From the NCBI GenBank assembly GCA_904502015.1, contig CAJGEA010000002.1, positions 1 to 46,020 of the forward strand: a stretch of DNA of 46,020 nt, in the 5' to 3' direction. This DNA is from an uncultured Clostridia bacterium. Lineage in GTDB: Bacteria > Bacillota > Clostridia > Oscillospirales > CAG-272. Shown here piece after piece: positions 1 to 9,119 of the stretch. The first letter of the stretch is position 1. Each line of letters opens with the position of its first letter. The translations under genes were made by a program, and so were the position numbers. The notes below the pieces were generated by a model. The model made no database searches. It saw only the letters and a list, made by a program, of their open reading frames with translations, and was not told the DNA's origin.

Positions 1-1221
1 CTCGGTGGGCTGGGTCTCGGAATAGTAATAACGGGTCGCGTCCGTCAGATCGTCGTTTTTGTATCCAATATTGATCGCCGCCCAATCCTCTTTACTTCCC
101 GCGTAATAGATGGTGGTAAGGCTCTTGCATCCGCTGAAAGCCTGATTACCAATGATCTCCGTGCCATCGGAGATCGTGATTTGGGTCAGAGCAGTACATC
201 CCTCGAATGTCTGTTTACCAATACTCGCAGTGCTATTGGGGATGGTGATTTGGGTCAGTGCAGTACAACCGCTGAAGGCACGGTCGTCGATGAGCGTGAT
301 CCTTTTGCCAAGTGAAACCTTCGTAAGAGCAGTACAACCACTGAACGTGATGAGACCAATCATGGTTACGCCATCCGGAATTTGAATCTCCGTAAGGGCG
401 GTACAGCCGCTGAATGTTTCCCAACCTATGTTTATAACGCCGTCGGGCAAGGCGATTTTTGTAAGAGACGAACACCCGAAGAACATAGCAGAGCTGATCC
501 TCGTAAGGCTGTCGGGCAGGGTGACGCTTGCAAGGGAGGAGCAACCGTAGAATATGCCTTCACCAATGTTGGTTACGCTATCGGGAATAACGATCCTGGT
601 CAGGGAAGTACAACCGCGGAATGAGTAGTGATCGATATTTGTTACGCTGGAAGGTATGATAATGTCGGTAAGTGACGAACAATTTATGAACGAGCATGTA
701 CCGATGCTCGTTATGCCGTCACAAATGGTGACCTTGGAGAGAGCGCTGCAACCGCCAAAGGCATTCGCTGGAATTTGTTGTATATTGGCTGGAATCGTGA
801 CCTCGGTCAGCGCCGTGCAGCTCGCAAATGCATCTTCGTTTACAGTGAGAATTCCGTTTCCAAACGTGATCGATGTAAGGCTGTGGCATTCTTCAAATGC
901 GCCGATACCAATGCTCGTAAGGGTATCGGGGAGGGTGATGCCTACGATCGTACCGCAAAAGTCAAACGCGTAATCCCGTATGGCAGTAACCGTGTATCCG
1001 TCGATCGTTTCGCCGATGACCACGTAAGGGTCGGTGCAGGTACCTATCCCCTTGACGGTGCAGGTTTCACCATCGGCGTTGACCCGGTATTCAAGACCGA
1101 CCGAGGGCTCGGGAGGCGGAGGAGGATCCTTTTTACCGTCGTCTTTGCAGGCGGGCAGCGTGAGGCAACAAAGCGTCAGAGCAAGGCAAAAGAATAGGGA
1201 AAGATAACGAATTCCTTTCAT
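1..1221 (-). CDS. BspA-type leucine-rich-repeat (LRR_5-like) surface lipoprotein; C-terminal part lies outside the window
   Basis: Absent from the ORF track because no stop falls in the window. The reverse-strand ATG at 1221 is preceded by aaaGGAGatccgtt. My translation starts MKGIRYLSLFFCLALTLCCLTLPACKDDGKKDPPPPPEPSVGLEYRVNADGETCTVKG..., a lipoprotein-type signal with a Cys lipobox, and the frame stays open to position 1. The + strand ORFs listed at 152-1197 are antisense shadows of its periodic repeats. Confidence 0.75.
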   Translation of the reverse strand, partial: MKGIRYLSLFFCLALTLCCLTLPACKDDGKKDPPPPPEPSVGLEYRVNADGETCTVKGIGTCTDPYVVIGETIDGYTVTAIRDYAFDFCGTIVGITLPDTLTSIGIGAFEECHSLTSITFGNGILTVNEDAFASCTALTEVTIPANIQQIPANAFGGCSALSKVTICDGITSIGTCSFINCSSLTDIIIPSSVTNIDHYSFRGCTSLTRIVIPDSVTNIGEGIFYGCSSLASVTLPDSLTRISSAMFFGCSSLTKIALPDGVINIGWETFSGCTALTEIQIPDGVTMIGLITFSGCTALTKVSLGKRITLIDDRAFSGCTALTQITIPNSTASIGKQTFEGCTALTQITISDGTEIIGNQAFSGCKSLTTIYYAGSKEDWAAINIGYKNDDLTDATRYYYSETQPTE

Positions 1222-1284
1222 AACGGATCTCCTTTCGTTTGCATCGTGGGTCGAGGTGCTGACGTAGGGCTCTTTACGTTGTGT

Positions 1285-3876
1285 TTATTTCTCCATATCA
1301 CCGTCGGAGCAATGGACGGTGTATGCGCCTGTGTTGGAGTCCCAGGAGGAATCCTTGGTAATCGCGCTCCATTGCTCCTTCGTGCCTCCGTAGTATATGT
1401 CGGCGAGGCTCGTGCAATCGTCAAAAGCCCAAAAGTCCATGTAGGTTACGCCGATTCCAATGGTGACGCTCGTTAGTCCCGTACACCCCGAGAACGTACC
1501 GTGGTCAATGCGGATAACGCTGTTCGGGATGGTAACGCTCACAAGGCTTGTGCACCCCTGGAACGCTGAAGAACCAATGCTCGTGACACTGTCGGGAAGG
1601 ATTACGCTCACAAGGCTCGTGCAACCGTCGAACGCGGAAGAACCAATGCTCTCGAGGCTGTTCGGAGCGGTGAATTGTGTATCGGCTTTGCCAACCGCGT
1701 ATTGGATCAGGGTAGTTCCATCTTTGGAGTACAGATTTCCGTCAACGGACATATACACAGGATTCTCTGCGCTAACGGTGATGCTCGCAAGGCTCTCGCA
1801 ATCATCAAAGGCCTGATTGCCAATGTCGGTCACGCCTTTGCCAATAGTGATGCTCGTAAGGCTGCGGCAGCTATGAAATGCAGACTGTCCAATGCTCGTA
1901 ACGCTGTCGGGGATGGTCAGGCTCGTGAGATTGTAGCACCAGGAGAACGCCACCTCACCAATAGCGGTGACGCTGTCGGGAATGGTCACGCTTGTCAGCT
2001 GGTTGCAGCGGAAGAATGCGCTGTCGCCGATACTCGTGACACCGTCAGGGATGGTGAAGTGCTTGTCGTTTTTGCCCACCGCGTATTGGATCAGGGTGGA
2101 TCCGTCCTTGGAGTACAGATTTCCGTCAACGGACGCGTAAAATTGGTTGTTGCCTCCCACCGTGATACTCAAAAGACTGCTGCAATCCGAGAAGGCGTCC
2201 TCTCCGATGTGTGTGACATTGTCGGGAATGACGATGCTCGGAATATGGCAATTCTCAAACGCCCGATTGCCAATGCTCGTCAGGCTGTCGGGGAGGGTTA
2301 CACTCCCAAGGAGGCACATGGAAAACGCACGGTCCGCGATACAGACGGTTCCGTCCGCAACTGTGTAGAATCCGGATACGCTGTCGGTGGCCTTGATCAA
2401 GTGATTGCCGATATACAGAACGCCGTCCTTCCAGCTTGATTCGCTGTTGTAGCATGCGGTATTGGCGAAGGCGTCGCTGCCAATGCTCGTGATGCTGTCG
2501 GGGATCGTGATACTCGCAAGGCTCGTGCAATTCTCAAACGCGCCGTATTCAATGCTTGTGACTCCGGCAGGGATAGTGATACTTGCAAGCTTCGCGCAGC
2601 CACGGAACGCACCGGATCCAATGCTCGTAACTCCGCGTCCGATGGTGACGTTCGTAAGGCTCTCGTCGTCACAGAACGCGTCACTGCCGATGCTGGTGAT
2701 GTTGTCGGGGATGATGATACTCGTGAGACTGGTGCATCTGTTGAAGGTCATGTCGCCGATGCTGGTGATTCCGCTACCGAGAGTGACGCTCGTAAGGGCG
2801 GTGCATCTGTTGAACGCCTGCTCGCCAATGATGGTGACGCTATCAGGGATGGTGACGCTCGCAAGGGCGGAGCATTTGTAGAAAGCCGCCTCGCCAATGT
2901 CGGCAACGCCATCGGGGATGGTGATGCTTGTCAGGCCCGCGCAATTGTTGAACGCATAATTGGGAATACTCGTGACACCGTCGGGTATGGTGACATTCAC
3001 GAGGTTCTTACACATACAGAATGCGTACTCGCCGATGGCGGTGACGCTGTCGGGGATGGTGACACTCGTCAGGCTTTGGGCATAGAAGAATGCGCCGTCG
3101 CCAACTTTCGTTACGCTGTCGGGAATGGTGAAATGCGTGTCGGTTTTGGCAACCGCGTATTGCATCAGTACAGAACCGTCCTGCGTGTACAGATTTCCGT
3201 CAACGGAGGCATACGCCGGGTTGCCGTTGTCCACGGTGATGCTCGCAAGGCCCGCGCATTCGCTGAAAGCCAGATCGCCAATGGTGGTGACGGCGGCGGG
3301 GATGGTGACACTCGCAAGGCTTGAGCAGTTGTTGAACGCACCCTTGGCAATTTCCGTGACGCTGGCGGGCATTGTGACGCTCGTCAGGCTCCTGCAATAG
3401 GAAAACGCAGCGTAGCCAATGCTTGTGACGCCGTCGGGGATGGTTACGCTCACAAGGCTATTGGAGTTCGTGAACGCGAATTCACCGATGGCGGTAACGC
3501 GGTCGCCGTTGGGGGAGGTTGAGGGAATGACCAAACGCGTGTCCGCGCAAGTGCCGATAGCCGCCACATAGCAGGTGCCGTCACCGTTTGATACGAATTC
3601 CAGCCCTTCGGAGGGGGCGGGGGGATCGGTGTCGGGCTCGGTAGTGGATTCTTCGGGCTCTGAACTCGACTCGTCGAGTTCGGTGGTTTCTTCGGGCTCG
3701 GTGGTGGATTCCTCGGAGTCAGAGGGCTCGGCGGTTGTCGCATCGGGCTCGGAGGTTATGGGGTCGGTTACCGCTGCCGTGTTGGCATCGGTGTCGGCGG
3801 GTTTGTTGCCGCCGCTGCACGAGACAGCGGACAGACACATCATGCCCACCAGCAAAAGAGTAAGTAGTTTTCTCAT
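1285..3876 (-). CDS. BspA-type leucine-rich-repeat (LRR_5-like) surface lipoprotein
   Basis: 863-aa ORF. The N-terminus MRKLLTLLLVGMMCLSAVSCSGG is a lipoprotein signal. An acidic T/E/P/S linker follows (TEPEETTELDESSSEPEESTTEPDTDPP). Then come many ~23-aa units of the form SVTIPDSVTSIGxxAFxxCxSLT with interspersed FYASVDGNLYSKDGSTLIQY blocks, typical of BspA/LRR_5 proteins. GGAGG lies upstream of the ATG. Confidence 0.85.
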   Translation of the reverse strand: MRKLLTLLLVGMMCLSAVSCSGGNKPADTDANTAAVTDPITSEPDATTAEPSDSEESTTEPEETTELDESSSEPEESTTEPDTDPPAPSEGLEFVSNGDGTCYVAAIGTCADTRLVIPSTSPNGDRVTAIGEFAFTNSNSLVSVTIPDGVTSIGYAAFSYCRSLTSVTMPASVTEIAKGAFNNCSSLASVTIPAAVTTIGDLAFSECAGLASITVDNGNPAYASVDGNLYTQDGSVLMQYAVAKTDTHFTIPDSVTKVGDGAFFYAQSLTSVTIPDSVTAIGEYAFCMCKNLVNVTIPDGVTSIPNYAFNNCAGLTSITIPDGVADIGEAAFYKCSALASVTIPDSVTIIGEQAFNRCTALTSVTLGSGITSIGDMTFNRCTSLTSIIIPDNITSIGSDAFCDDESLTNVTIGRGVTSIGSGAFRGCAKLASITIPAGVTSIEYGAFENCTSLASITIPDSITSIGSDAFANTACYNSESSWKDGVLYIGNHLIKATDSVSGFYTVADGTVCIADRAFSMCLLGSVTLPDSLTSIGNRAFENCHIPSIVIPDNVTHIGEDAFSDCSSLLSITVGGNNQFYASVDGNLYSKDGSTLIQYAVGKNDKHFTIPDGVTSIGDSAFFRCNQLTSVTIPDSVTAIGEVAFSWCYNLTSLTIPDSVTSIGQSAFHSCRSLTSITIGKGVTDIGNQAFDDCESLASITVSAENPVYMSVDGNLYSKDGTTLIQYAVGKADTQFTAPNSLESIGSSAFDGCTSLVSVILPDSVTSIGSSAFQGCTSLVSVTIPNSVIRIDHGTFSGCTGLTSVTIGIGVTYMDFWAFDDCTSLADIYYGGTKEQWSAITKDSSWDSNTGAYTVHCSDGDMEK

Positions 3877-3917
3877 GGTTCATGCCTCCAAATAAAGTTT
3901 TGATGATACATTCTGAT

Positions 3918-3953
3918 CACTCTGTGAGTCGCTCTGTGAGTTACTCCGTGAGT
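3918..3953. repeat. 3 x 12-bp direct repeat spanning the aroQ stop codon
   Basis: + strand units are cactctgtgagt, cgctctgtgagt and tactccgtgagt. On the coding (-) strand they read ..LTE-stop-LTERLTE-stop. Confidence 0.8.
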
Positions 3954-4375
3954 GTTTCCTTCAAAAACCGAATCGCCTTGTGATATCCTTCAAATCCCAA
4001 GCCCTCGTAGGTGCGGAGCGCGTAGTAGGACACGTAGGACACTTGGCGGAACGCCTCGCGCTCGCTGACCTTGGAGATGTGTACCTCCACGGTTGGGATG
4101 GACACCGCCTTGAGCGCGTCGAGAATCGCCACGCTGGTGTGGGTGTAGGCGGCGGGGTTGATGACGATACCGTCCACCGCGCCGTACGCCTCTTGGATTT
4201 TATCTACGATCGCGCCCTCGTGGTTGGATTGGAACAGCTCGCATTCTACCCCCGCCTCGGCGCACCACGCCCGCAGGCTGTCGCAGAGTGCGGCGTAGGT
4301 TTTGTCGCCGTAAATGCCGGGCTCGCGAAGCCCCAGCATATTCAGATTCGGCCCGTTGATAATGAGAAATTTCAT
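3941..4375 (-). CDS. aroQ: 3-dehydroquinate dehydratase, type II
   Basis: 144 aa. MKFLIINGPNLNMLGLREPGIYG, FQSNHEG and VEVHISKV match type II dehydroquinase signatures. AAGGA RBS. Last gene of the aro operon. Confidence 0.92.
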   Translation of the reverse strand: MKFLIINGPNLNMLGLREPGIYGDKTYAALCDSLRAWCAEAGVECELFQSNHEGAIVDKIQEAYGAVDGIVINPAAYTHTSVAILDALKAVSIPTVEVHISKVSEREAFRQVSYVSYYALRTYEGLGFEGYHKAIRFLKETLTE

Positions 4376-4383
4376 GGTATGAT

Positions 4384-5676
4384 TTATCCTTTCGCAGTTT
4401 CGTCACGGTATCCCAGTGCCGTGAGAATGGCGCTTACCGTGTCATCCACGTCGCCGTTATTGTCAATTTCAACGTCGGCAAAGCGGCAGTAGAGGGGCAG
4501 ACGCTTGGCATACAGCTCCTCCCGTGCCACCACCTGTGAAATGGGCCGCCCGTCGGTGGGCAGCTTATCAAGGTCGCGCCGCAGGAACACGATGCGCCCG
4601 TTCTGGTGCAGGGCGGGGTAGTTGACATCCCGCGTGACCGCACCGCCGCCCGTGGCAATGACGGCACTGCTCATCTTGCCTGCCTCACGCATGGCACGGA
4701 TCTCGCGCAGACGGAATCCGTCCTCCCCCTCGGCGGCGAAAATGGTGGGAATATCCGTGCCTGCCGCATCCACGATCAAGCGGTCGGTGTCCACCGTGGG
4801 ACGCCCGAGCGCCTCGGCCAGCCGCGTGGCTACGGTGGATTTGCCGCACCCGGGCATACCCACGAGGATGATGTTTTCGGTCTGCCGCGCGATGGAATCG
4901 CCGATGGGCGTGATCACACTGTCGGACATGGGCTCACCGAGGAACAGCTCGCAGGCGCGCTTGGCCTGCGCTACCAGCATGAGCAGTCCGTTCTGAGCAG
5001 GGATACCCAGCCGCTCGGCTTGCTGAATCATGGCCGTTCGCGCGGGGTTGTAGACCATATCCAGCACGCATTCCAGGGCAGGAAATCGGGCAAGATCCAA
5101 CAACCGTTGCCCGTTTCGGTGGGGGTACATGCCCACGGGGGTGCAGTTGGCGATCAGTGCGGCATCCGCATGGTAGCGGGCGGCATGGCGGTAGCTGTGC
5201 GTCTCGTTGCCGTGACGGGACAGCACCACCACATCTGCCCCCATGTCGGTCAGCACCGCCGCCGCGGTAGCCGATGCGCCCCCCTCGCCGAGGACGAGCG
5301 CCTTCTTGCCCGCGAGGTTAACGCCCATAGAGCGCACGGTCAGGGCAAAGCCGAAATAGTCAGTGTTGTCACCGCGCAATCGGCCGTCCGCCGTGCGGGT
5401 GATGGTATTGACCGCCCCGATGCGCCGAGCCTCGTCGGAAATTTCGTCGAGGTAGGGCATGACGGTCTTCTTGTAGGGAATGGTGACGTTGAGCGCGTCC
5501 CACTCGTTGCCCTTCAGAAACGCGCCGACCTGATCGGGCGCGCGCTCGTACAGCTCGTAGGTATAGCGATCCCCCGCAAGGGTCGCGTGGATCTGCGGGG
5601 AGAAGCTGTGTCCCAGCCGCTCTCCGAGAAGCCCCGCCCGCATATCAATGGTGTTCAACATAACGAAGCCTTTCAT
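4384..5676 (-). CDS. aroE: Bifunctional shikimate dehydrogenase / shikimate kinase (AroE-AroK fusion)
   Basis: The N-terminal half (LLGERLGHSFSPQIH..., NVTIPYK, GEGGASATAAAVL Rossmann motif) is AroE-like. The C-terminal ~165 aa (ILVGMPGCGKSTVATRLAEALGRPTVDTD, ATGGGAV) is AroK-like. The ORF-track start at 5682 is a TTG. The ATG at 5676 overlaps the upstream stop (TAATG) and an ATG at 5661 is also possible. Confidence 0.85.
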   Translation of the reverse strand: MKGFVMLNTIDMRAGLLGERLGHSFSPQIHATLAGDRYTYELYERAPDQVGAFLKGNEWDALNVTIPYKKTVMPYLDEISDEARRIGAVNTITRTADGRLRGDNTDYFGFALTVRSMGVNLAGKKALVLGEGGASATAAAVLTDMGADVVVLSRHGNETHSYRHAARYHADAALIANCTPVGMYPHRNGQRLLDLARFPALECVLDMVYNPARTAMIQQAERLGIPAQNGLLMLVAQAKRACELFLGEPMSDSVITPIGDSIARQTENIILVGMPGCGKSTVATRLAEALGRPTVDTDRLIVDAAGTDIPTIFAAEGEDGFRLREIRAMREAGKMSSAVIATGGGAVTRDVNYPALHQNGRIVFLRRDLDKLPTDGRPISQVVAREELYAKRLPLYCRFADVEIDNNGDVDDTVSAILTALGYRDETAKG

Positions 5677-6647
5677 TAGCAAATATTGTATAGCTTCGCC
5701 ACCGACGCGCTACCCTCGTTATCCAAAAGCGAGGGCTGACAGATCGCACCGCAGGTCGTGCCCCACGCCAGCGTGCGAAGGGGAATGGTGAAATCCATGA
5801 CGTTCTCACCGCATTGCGCGTAGTCGAGATCTCCGTCCCGCTTGCCGCGGAATCTCTGGCGGTTAAAGCGGATGGGGGCAACCGTCACCCGTACCTGCCC
5901 CGATTGCGGTGCGAGCGTGACCACGTAGGAGCGGTCGGTGCCGTGCAGGGCGAGCTTGCGCGTGCGCCGAGGAAGTTCAGTCGCCAGTGCGGTCACGGCA
6001 ATGAGCCATTCGCGCATGCCGATGGCGGAGGAGAGGGGCTCACGCACCGATAGGATACCAAGCCGCTCTGCGGCATCAGGATCGGAAAGATTGAACTCTC
6101 CCTCACCGTCTTCGTCCGAAGAGTGTGAAACACAGTCTTTGAAGGTCAAAGAAATCGCATCGTCGTCCTCGTCCTCAAGCAACGCACTTCTGTCGGGACC
6201 TTTGACGGTCAGGGAGACCATCTCGCCGTCCTCCGAGAGAGAAGGCAGAATAAAGGGCAATTGTTCGTGTACAAGTGATCGGAATGCAGCAGAATCAGCG
6301 GTCAATGTCGGCGTTTCGGCAGGGATTTCCTGTACGACGAATTCCGTTAAGCTCTTAGCCAGCATGCGCTCGGTGCGCCGCAGAAGCTTTTGCAGAGGTG
6401 AAACCGCCACCCATTTTTGCCCCGCTTCGGTTACGACGACGGGTGTGTCGGGGGTCAGCGTGTCGCGCCCGTCAGGCAAGGTAATGAGCCCACCTGCCAT
6501 AAGGCGAGAGGAGGCACACGCCACCGTGTCACCCGTCAGCGCGCATCCAAGATAACCAACCATGCCACGGTAGGCATCCCCTACCGTGTGGGTGTCTTTA
6601 GCGGCGGCAAAACGCAGAAAAAGGTAATCGGAAAACAAATATTTCAT
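5676..6647 (-). CDS. Hypothetical protein embedded in the shikimate operon
   Basis: 323-aa ORF on the same strand as the aro genes. It starts 15 nt after the aroC stop and overlaps the aroE/K start by 1 nt. It has an acidic central stretch (LLEDEDDDAISL...SSDEDGEGEF). I recognise no family motif. Confidence 0.6.
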   Translation of the reverse strand: MKYLFSDYLFLRFAAAKDTHTVGDAYRGMVGYLGCALTGDTVACASSRLMAGGLITLPDGRDTLTPDTPVVVTEAGQKWVAVSPLQKLLRRTERMLAKSLTEFVVQEIPAETPTLTADSAAFRSLVHEQLPFILPSLSEDGEMVSLTVKGPDRSALLEDEDDDAISLTFKDCVSHSSDEDGEGEFNLSDPDAAERLGILSVREPLSSAIGMREWLIAVTALATELPRRTRKLALHGTDRSYVVTLAPQSGQVRVTVAPIRFNRQRFRGKRDGDLDYAQCGENVMDFTIPLRTLAWGTTCGAICQPSLLDNEGSASVAKLYNIC

Positions 6648-6662
6648 AGCTAAAGCCTCACT

Positions 6663-7769
6663 TTATGAATCCAGCAAAAGGTCAACCACGGCCACCGCCG
6701 CCGCCGCCTCTACGACGGGTACGGCGCGGGGGACGATGCAGGGATCGTGCCGCCCATGGATGACCAGCGTGGTATTCTCGCGGCGGGAGAGGGAAACGCT
6801 CTCCTGCTCCGAACCGATGGAGGGGGTGGGCTTAAACGCGGCCGAGAAGATTACGGGCATACCCGTGCTCATACCGCCCACGATGCCGCCGCAATGGTTG
6901 GTCTTTGTGCGGATCTCGCCGTCCTCGCCCATGCGATAGGCATCATTATGAGACGAGCCGTAGCCGCGAATAAAGTCAAAGCCGTCGCCAAACGCCACCG
7001 CCTTGACTGCGGGAATGGAGAAAAGAATGGAGGAAAGACGCGCCTCCATGCCGTCAAAGGGATGGTCGCCGAGTCCCACGGGGAGTCCGATGACGGCGCA
7101 TTCCACAGCACCGCCCACCGAGTCAGCCGCCATGCGGGCGCATTCGATCTCGCCCTTCATGGCCTCGCCCGCCTCGGCGTCGAGAACGGGGAAGATGGTG
7201 GAAGCAGGACGGTGCAGCTCGTCAGCGGTCAAGGATACGGCGGGGAAGGGCTTGTCCTTGACCGAGCCGATCTCGCTGATATGCGCACCGATTTCAATGC
7301 CCCGCGCCTTTAGGTAGGAAAGGCACAGCGCGCCCGCGATGCAGAGGGGAGCGGTCAGGCGCCCCGAATATTTGCCGCCGCCGCGCAGGTCTACGTTCTC
7401 TCCGAATTTCACGCGCGCCGCATAGTCGGCATGGGAGGGGCGGGGCACGTCGGCGAGGGATGCGTAATCTCCCGAGCGTTGGTTCTGGTTGATGATGACG
7501 GCACGGATGGTCGTGCCGTCGGTGACGTAGGTGCGCACACCGCCCACCTCCTGCTCAATGACACCCGCCGTAAATACGGGAATATCGGGCTCCTTGCGGG
7601 TGGTCGCCCAAGCGCCCTGACCGGGCGCGCGGCGGCTCATCAGCGCCATCATCTCGTTGTGGGTTATGGTCACGTCGGCGGGAAATCCCTCCAGCACCAT
7701 GCCGATCTCGGGGTCATGCGAGCCGCCGAAAATGGAGAGTTTCAGGTTGCTTCCGTATACGTTAGCCAT
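6663..7769 (-). CDS. aroC: Chorismate synthase
   Basis: 368 aa. The N-terminal LKLSIFGGSHDPEIG is a G-x-S-H signature variant. GGGKYSGRLTAP and GGMSTGMP blocks are typical of AroC. Confidence 0.9.
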   Translation of the reverse strand: MANVYGSNLKLSIFGGSHDPEIGMVLEGFPADVTITHNEMMALMSRRAPGQGAWATTRKEPDIPVFTAGVIEQEVGGVRTYVTDGTTIRAVIINQNQRSGDYASLADVPRPSHADYAARVKFGENVDLRGGGKYSGRLTAPLCIAGALCLSYLKARGIEIGAHISEIGSVKDKPFPAVSLTADELHRPASTIFPVLDAEAGEAMKGEIECARMAADSVGGAVECAVIGLPVGLGDHPFDGMEARLSSILFSIPAVKAVAFGDGFDFIRGYGSSHNDAYRMGEDGEIRTKTNHCGGIVGGMSTGMPVIFSAAFKPTPSIGSEQESVSLSRRENTTLVIHGRHDPCIVPRAVPVVEAAAAVAVVDLLLDS

Positions 7770-7787
7770 GGGTGGATTCCTCCTTTG

Positions 7788-9095
7788 TTAACGTGTCAAT
7801 GCTTCAAGATCCCGCCAGAATGCGGGGTAGGATTTGGCGACTGCCTCGGCACCGCATACCGTGACCGCGCCGCGGCAGACGGTGGCGGCAACGGCGGCGC
7901 TCATAGCGATGCGGTGGTCGCCCGCCGCATCCACGATACCGCCCGTCAGATAGGGCTTTCCGTGAATGATGAGACCGTCTTCGGTCTCGGTAATATCCCC
8001 ACCCAGCGCGGTGAGCATAGCGGAAACCGTCATGAGACGGTCACTTTCCTTGAGTCGGAGCCGCGCCGCACCTACAATACGGGTCTCACCCTCTGCCACC
8101 GATGCGGCAACCGCGAGGATGGGCACGAGGTCGGGAATTTGCGTAGCATCGATGATGCATCCGCGCAGACGGGATGCATGTGCCACGACCGAGCGGGCGC
8201 GGATATCGAATCGACCGCCCATACGGGTCAGCACGTCTACGATGGCGCGGTCGCCCTGACGGGAGGCGGTGTCGATGTCCTCAACGGTAATGGAATTGCC
8301 TTCGGGCGTCAGAAGTCCCGCCGTGAGGAAGAACGCCGCACCCGACCAGTCACCGCCCACGGGGGGCGTTGTCGCAGCGTCGGGAATGGATGCAAGCGCG
8401 TCGCGCCCGACAATGGTGAAATCGGGAAGGATACCGCCGACCGCGCTCGTCACGCGGGCAATGGCGTCTAGTGTCATGTCAATATAGGGAACGGATTCTG
8501 CCTTGCCCGTCACAGAAAGGCGGCTGTCCCCGCGCAAAAGCGGGAGGGCAAAGAGCAGTCCACTGATAAACTGGGAGGAAACACCGCCGTCGACGGCGAA
8601 TGCGCCTGCCTGCAATTTTCCGCTTACCACAAGGGGATTCGTTCCCATAGGCGAGAGGACGGCACCGTGCGCCGTCAGCTCCTCGTACAGAGGGGAGAGA
8701 GGGCGCTCGGGGAGTCGTCCGTGTCCCACAAGGGATACCGTAAAGCCATCGGGAGCGCCGTCGGTCGCACCCAGCGCACAGCAAACGGGAAGCAGAAAAC
8801 GCAGAGTCGAGCCCGACTCGCCACAATCCAGCACGGCGGTGTCGGGCAGAGCGGTGATGGGAGTGACGACGAAATCCTCACTGTCACGTTGAATATCGGC
8901 CCCCAGCGCAACAAGACAGCGTGCCGTGGCCTCAATGTCCTCGTTGAGATCGGTACAGCGAATGCGCCGTGACGCGCCGCTGCCGCCGTACAGCGCCGCA
9001 AGAGCCGCACAAATGAGGGCACGGTGCGCCTCGGATTTAGAAGAAGGCGCGCGCACCGCCCCGCCAAGACGGGGGGAGAAAAGTTGCTTATCCAT
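7788..9095 (-). CDS. aroA: 3-phosphoshikimate 1-carboxyvinyltransferase (EPSP synthase)
   Basis: 435 aa. Contains APSSKSEAHRALICAAL (the P-x-SKS-x-x-x-RAL motif), LKESDRL and DHRIAMSAAVA, which are EPSPS hallmarks. Confidence 0.92.
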   Translation of the reverse strand: MDKQLFSPRLGGAVRAPSSKSEAHRALICAALAALYGGSGASRRIRCTDLNEDIEATARCLVALGADIQRDSEDFVVTPITALPDTAVLDCGESGSTLRFLLPVCCALGATDGAPDGFTVSLVGHGRLPERPLSPLYEELTAHGAVLSPMGTNPLVVSGKLQAGAFAVDGGVSSQFISGLLFALPLLRGDSRLSVTGKAESVPYIDMTLDAIARVTSAVGGILPDFTIVGRDALASIPDAATTPPVGGDWSGAAFFLTAGLLTPEGNSITVEDIDTASRQGDRAIVDVLTRMGGRFDIRARSVVAHASRLRGCIIDATQIPDLVPILAVAASVAEGETRIVGAARLRLKESDRLMTVSAMLTALGGDITETEDGLIIHGKPYLTGGIVDAAGDHRIAMSAAVAATVCRGAVTVCGAEAVAKSYPAFWRDLEALTR

Positions 9096-9119
9096 AAGAA
9101 AACTCCTTGCCGAGTTGGA

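Noticed and set aside
152..3895. Many 60-250-aa + strand ORFs over the LRR genes, with periodic MVTL/ARLVQ-type sequences
   Set aside because: They are antisense reading of the ~69-bp LRR periodicity. The minus-strand products have lipoprotein signals and the canonical LRR_5 consensus.
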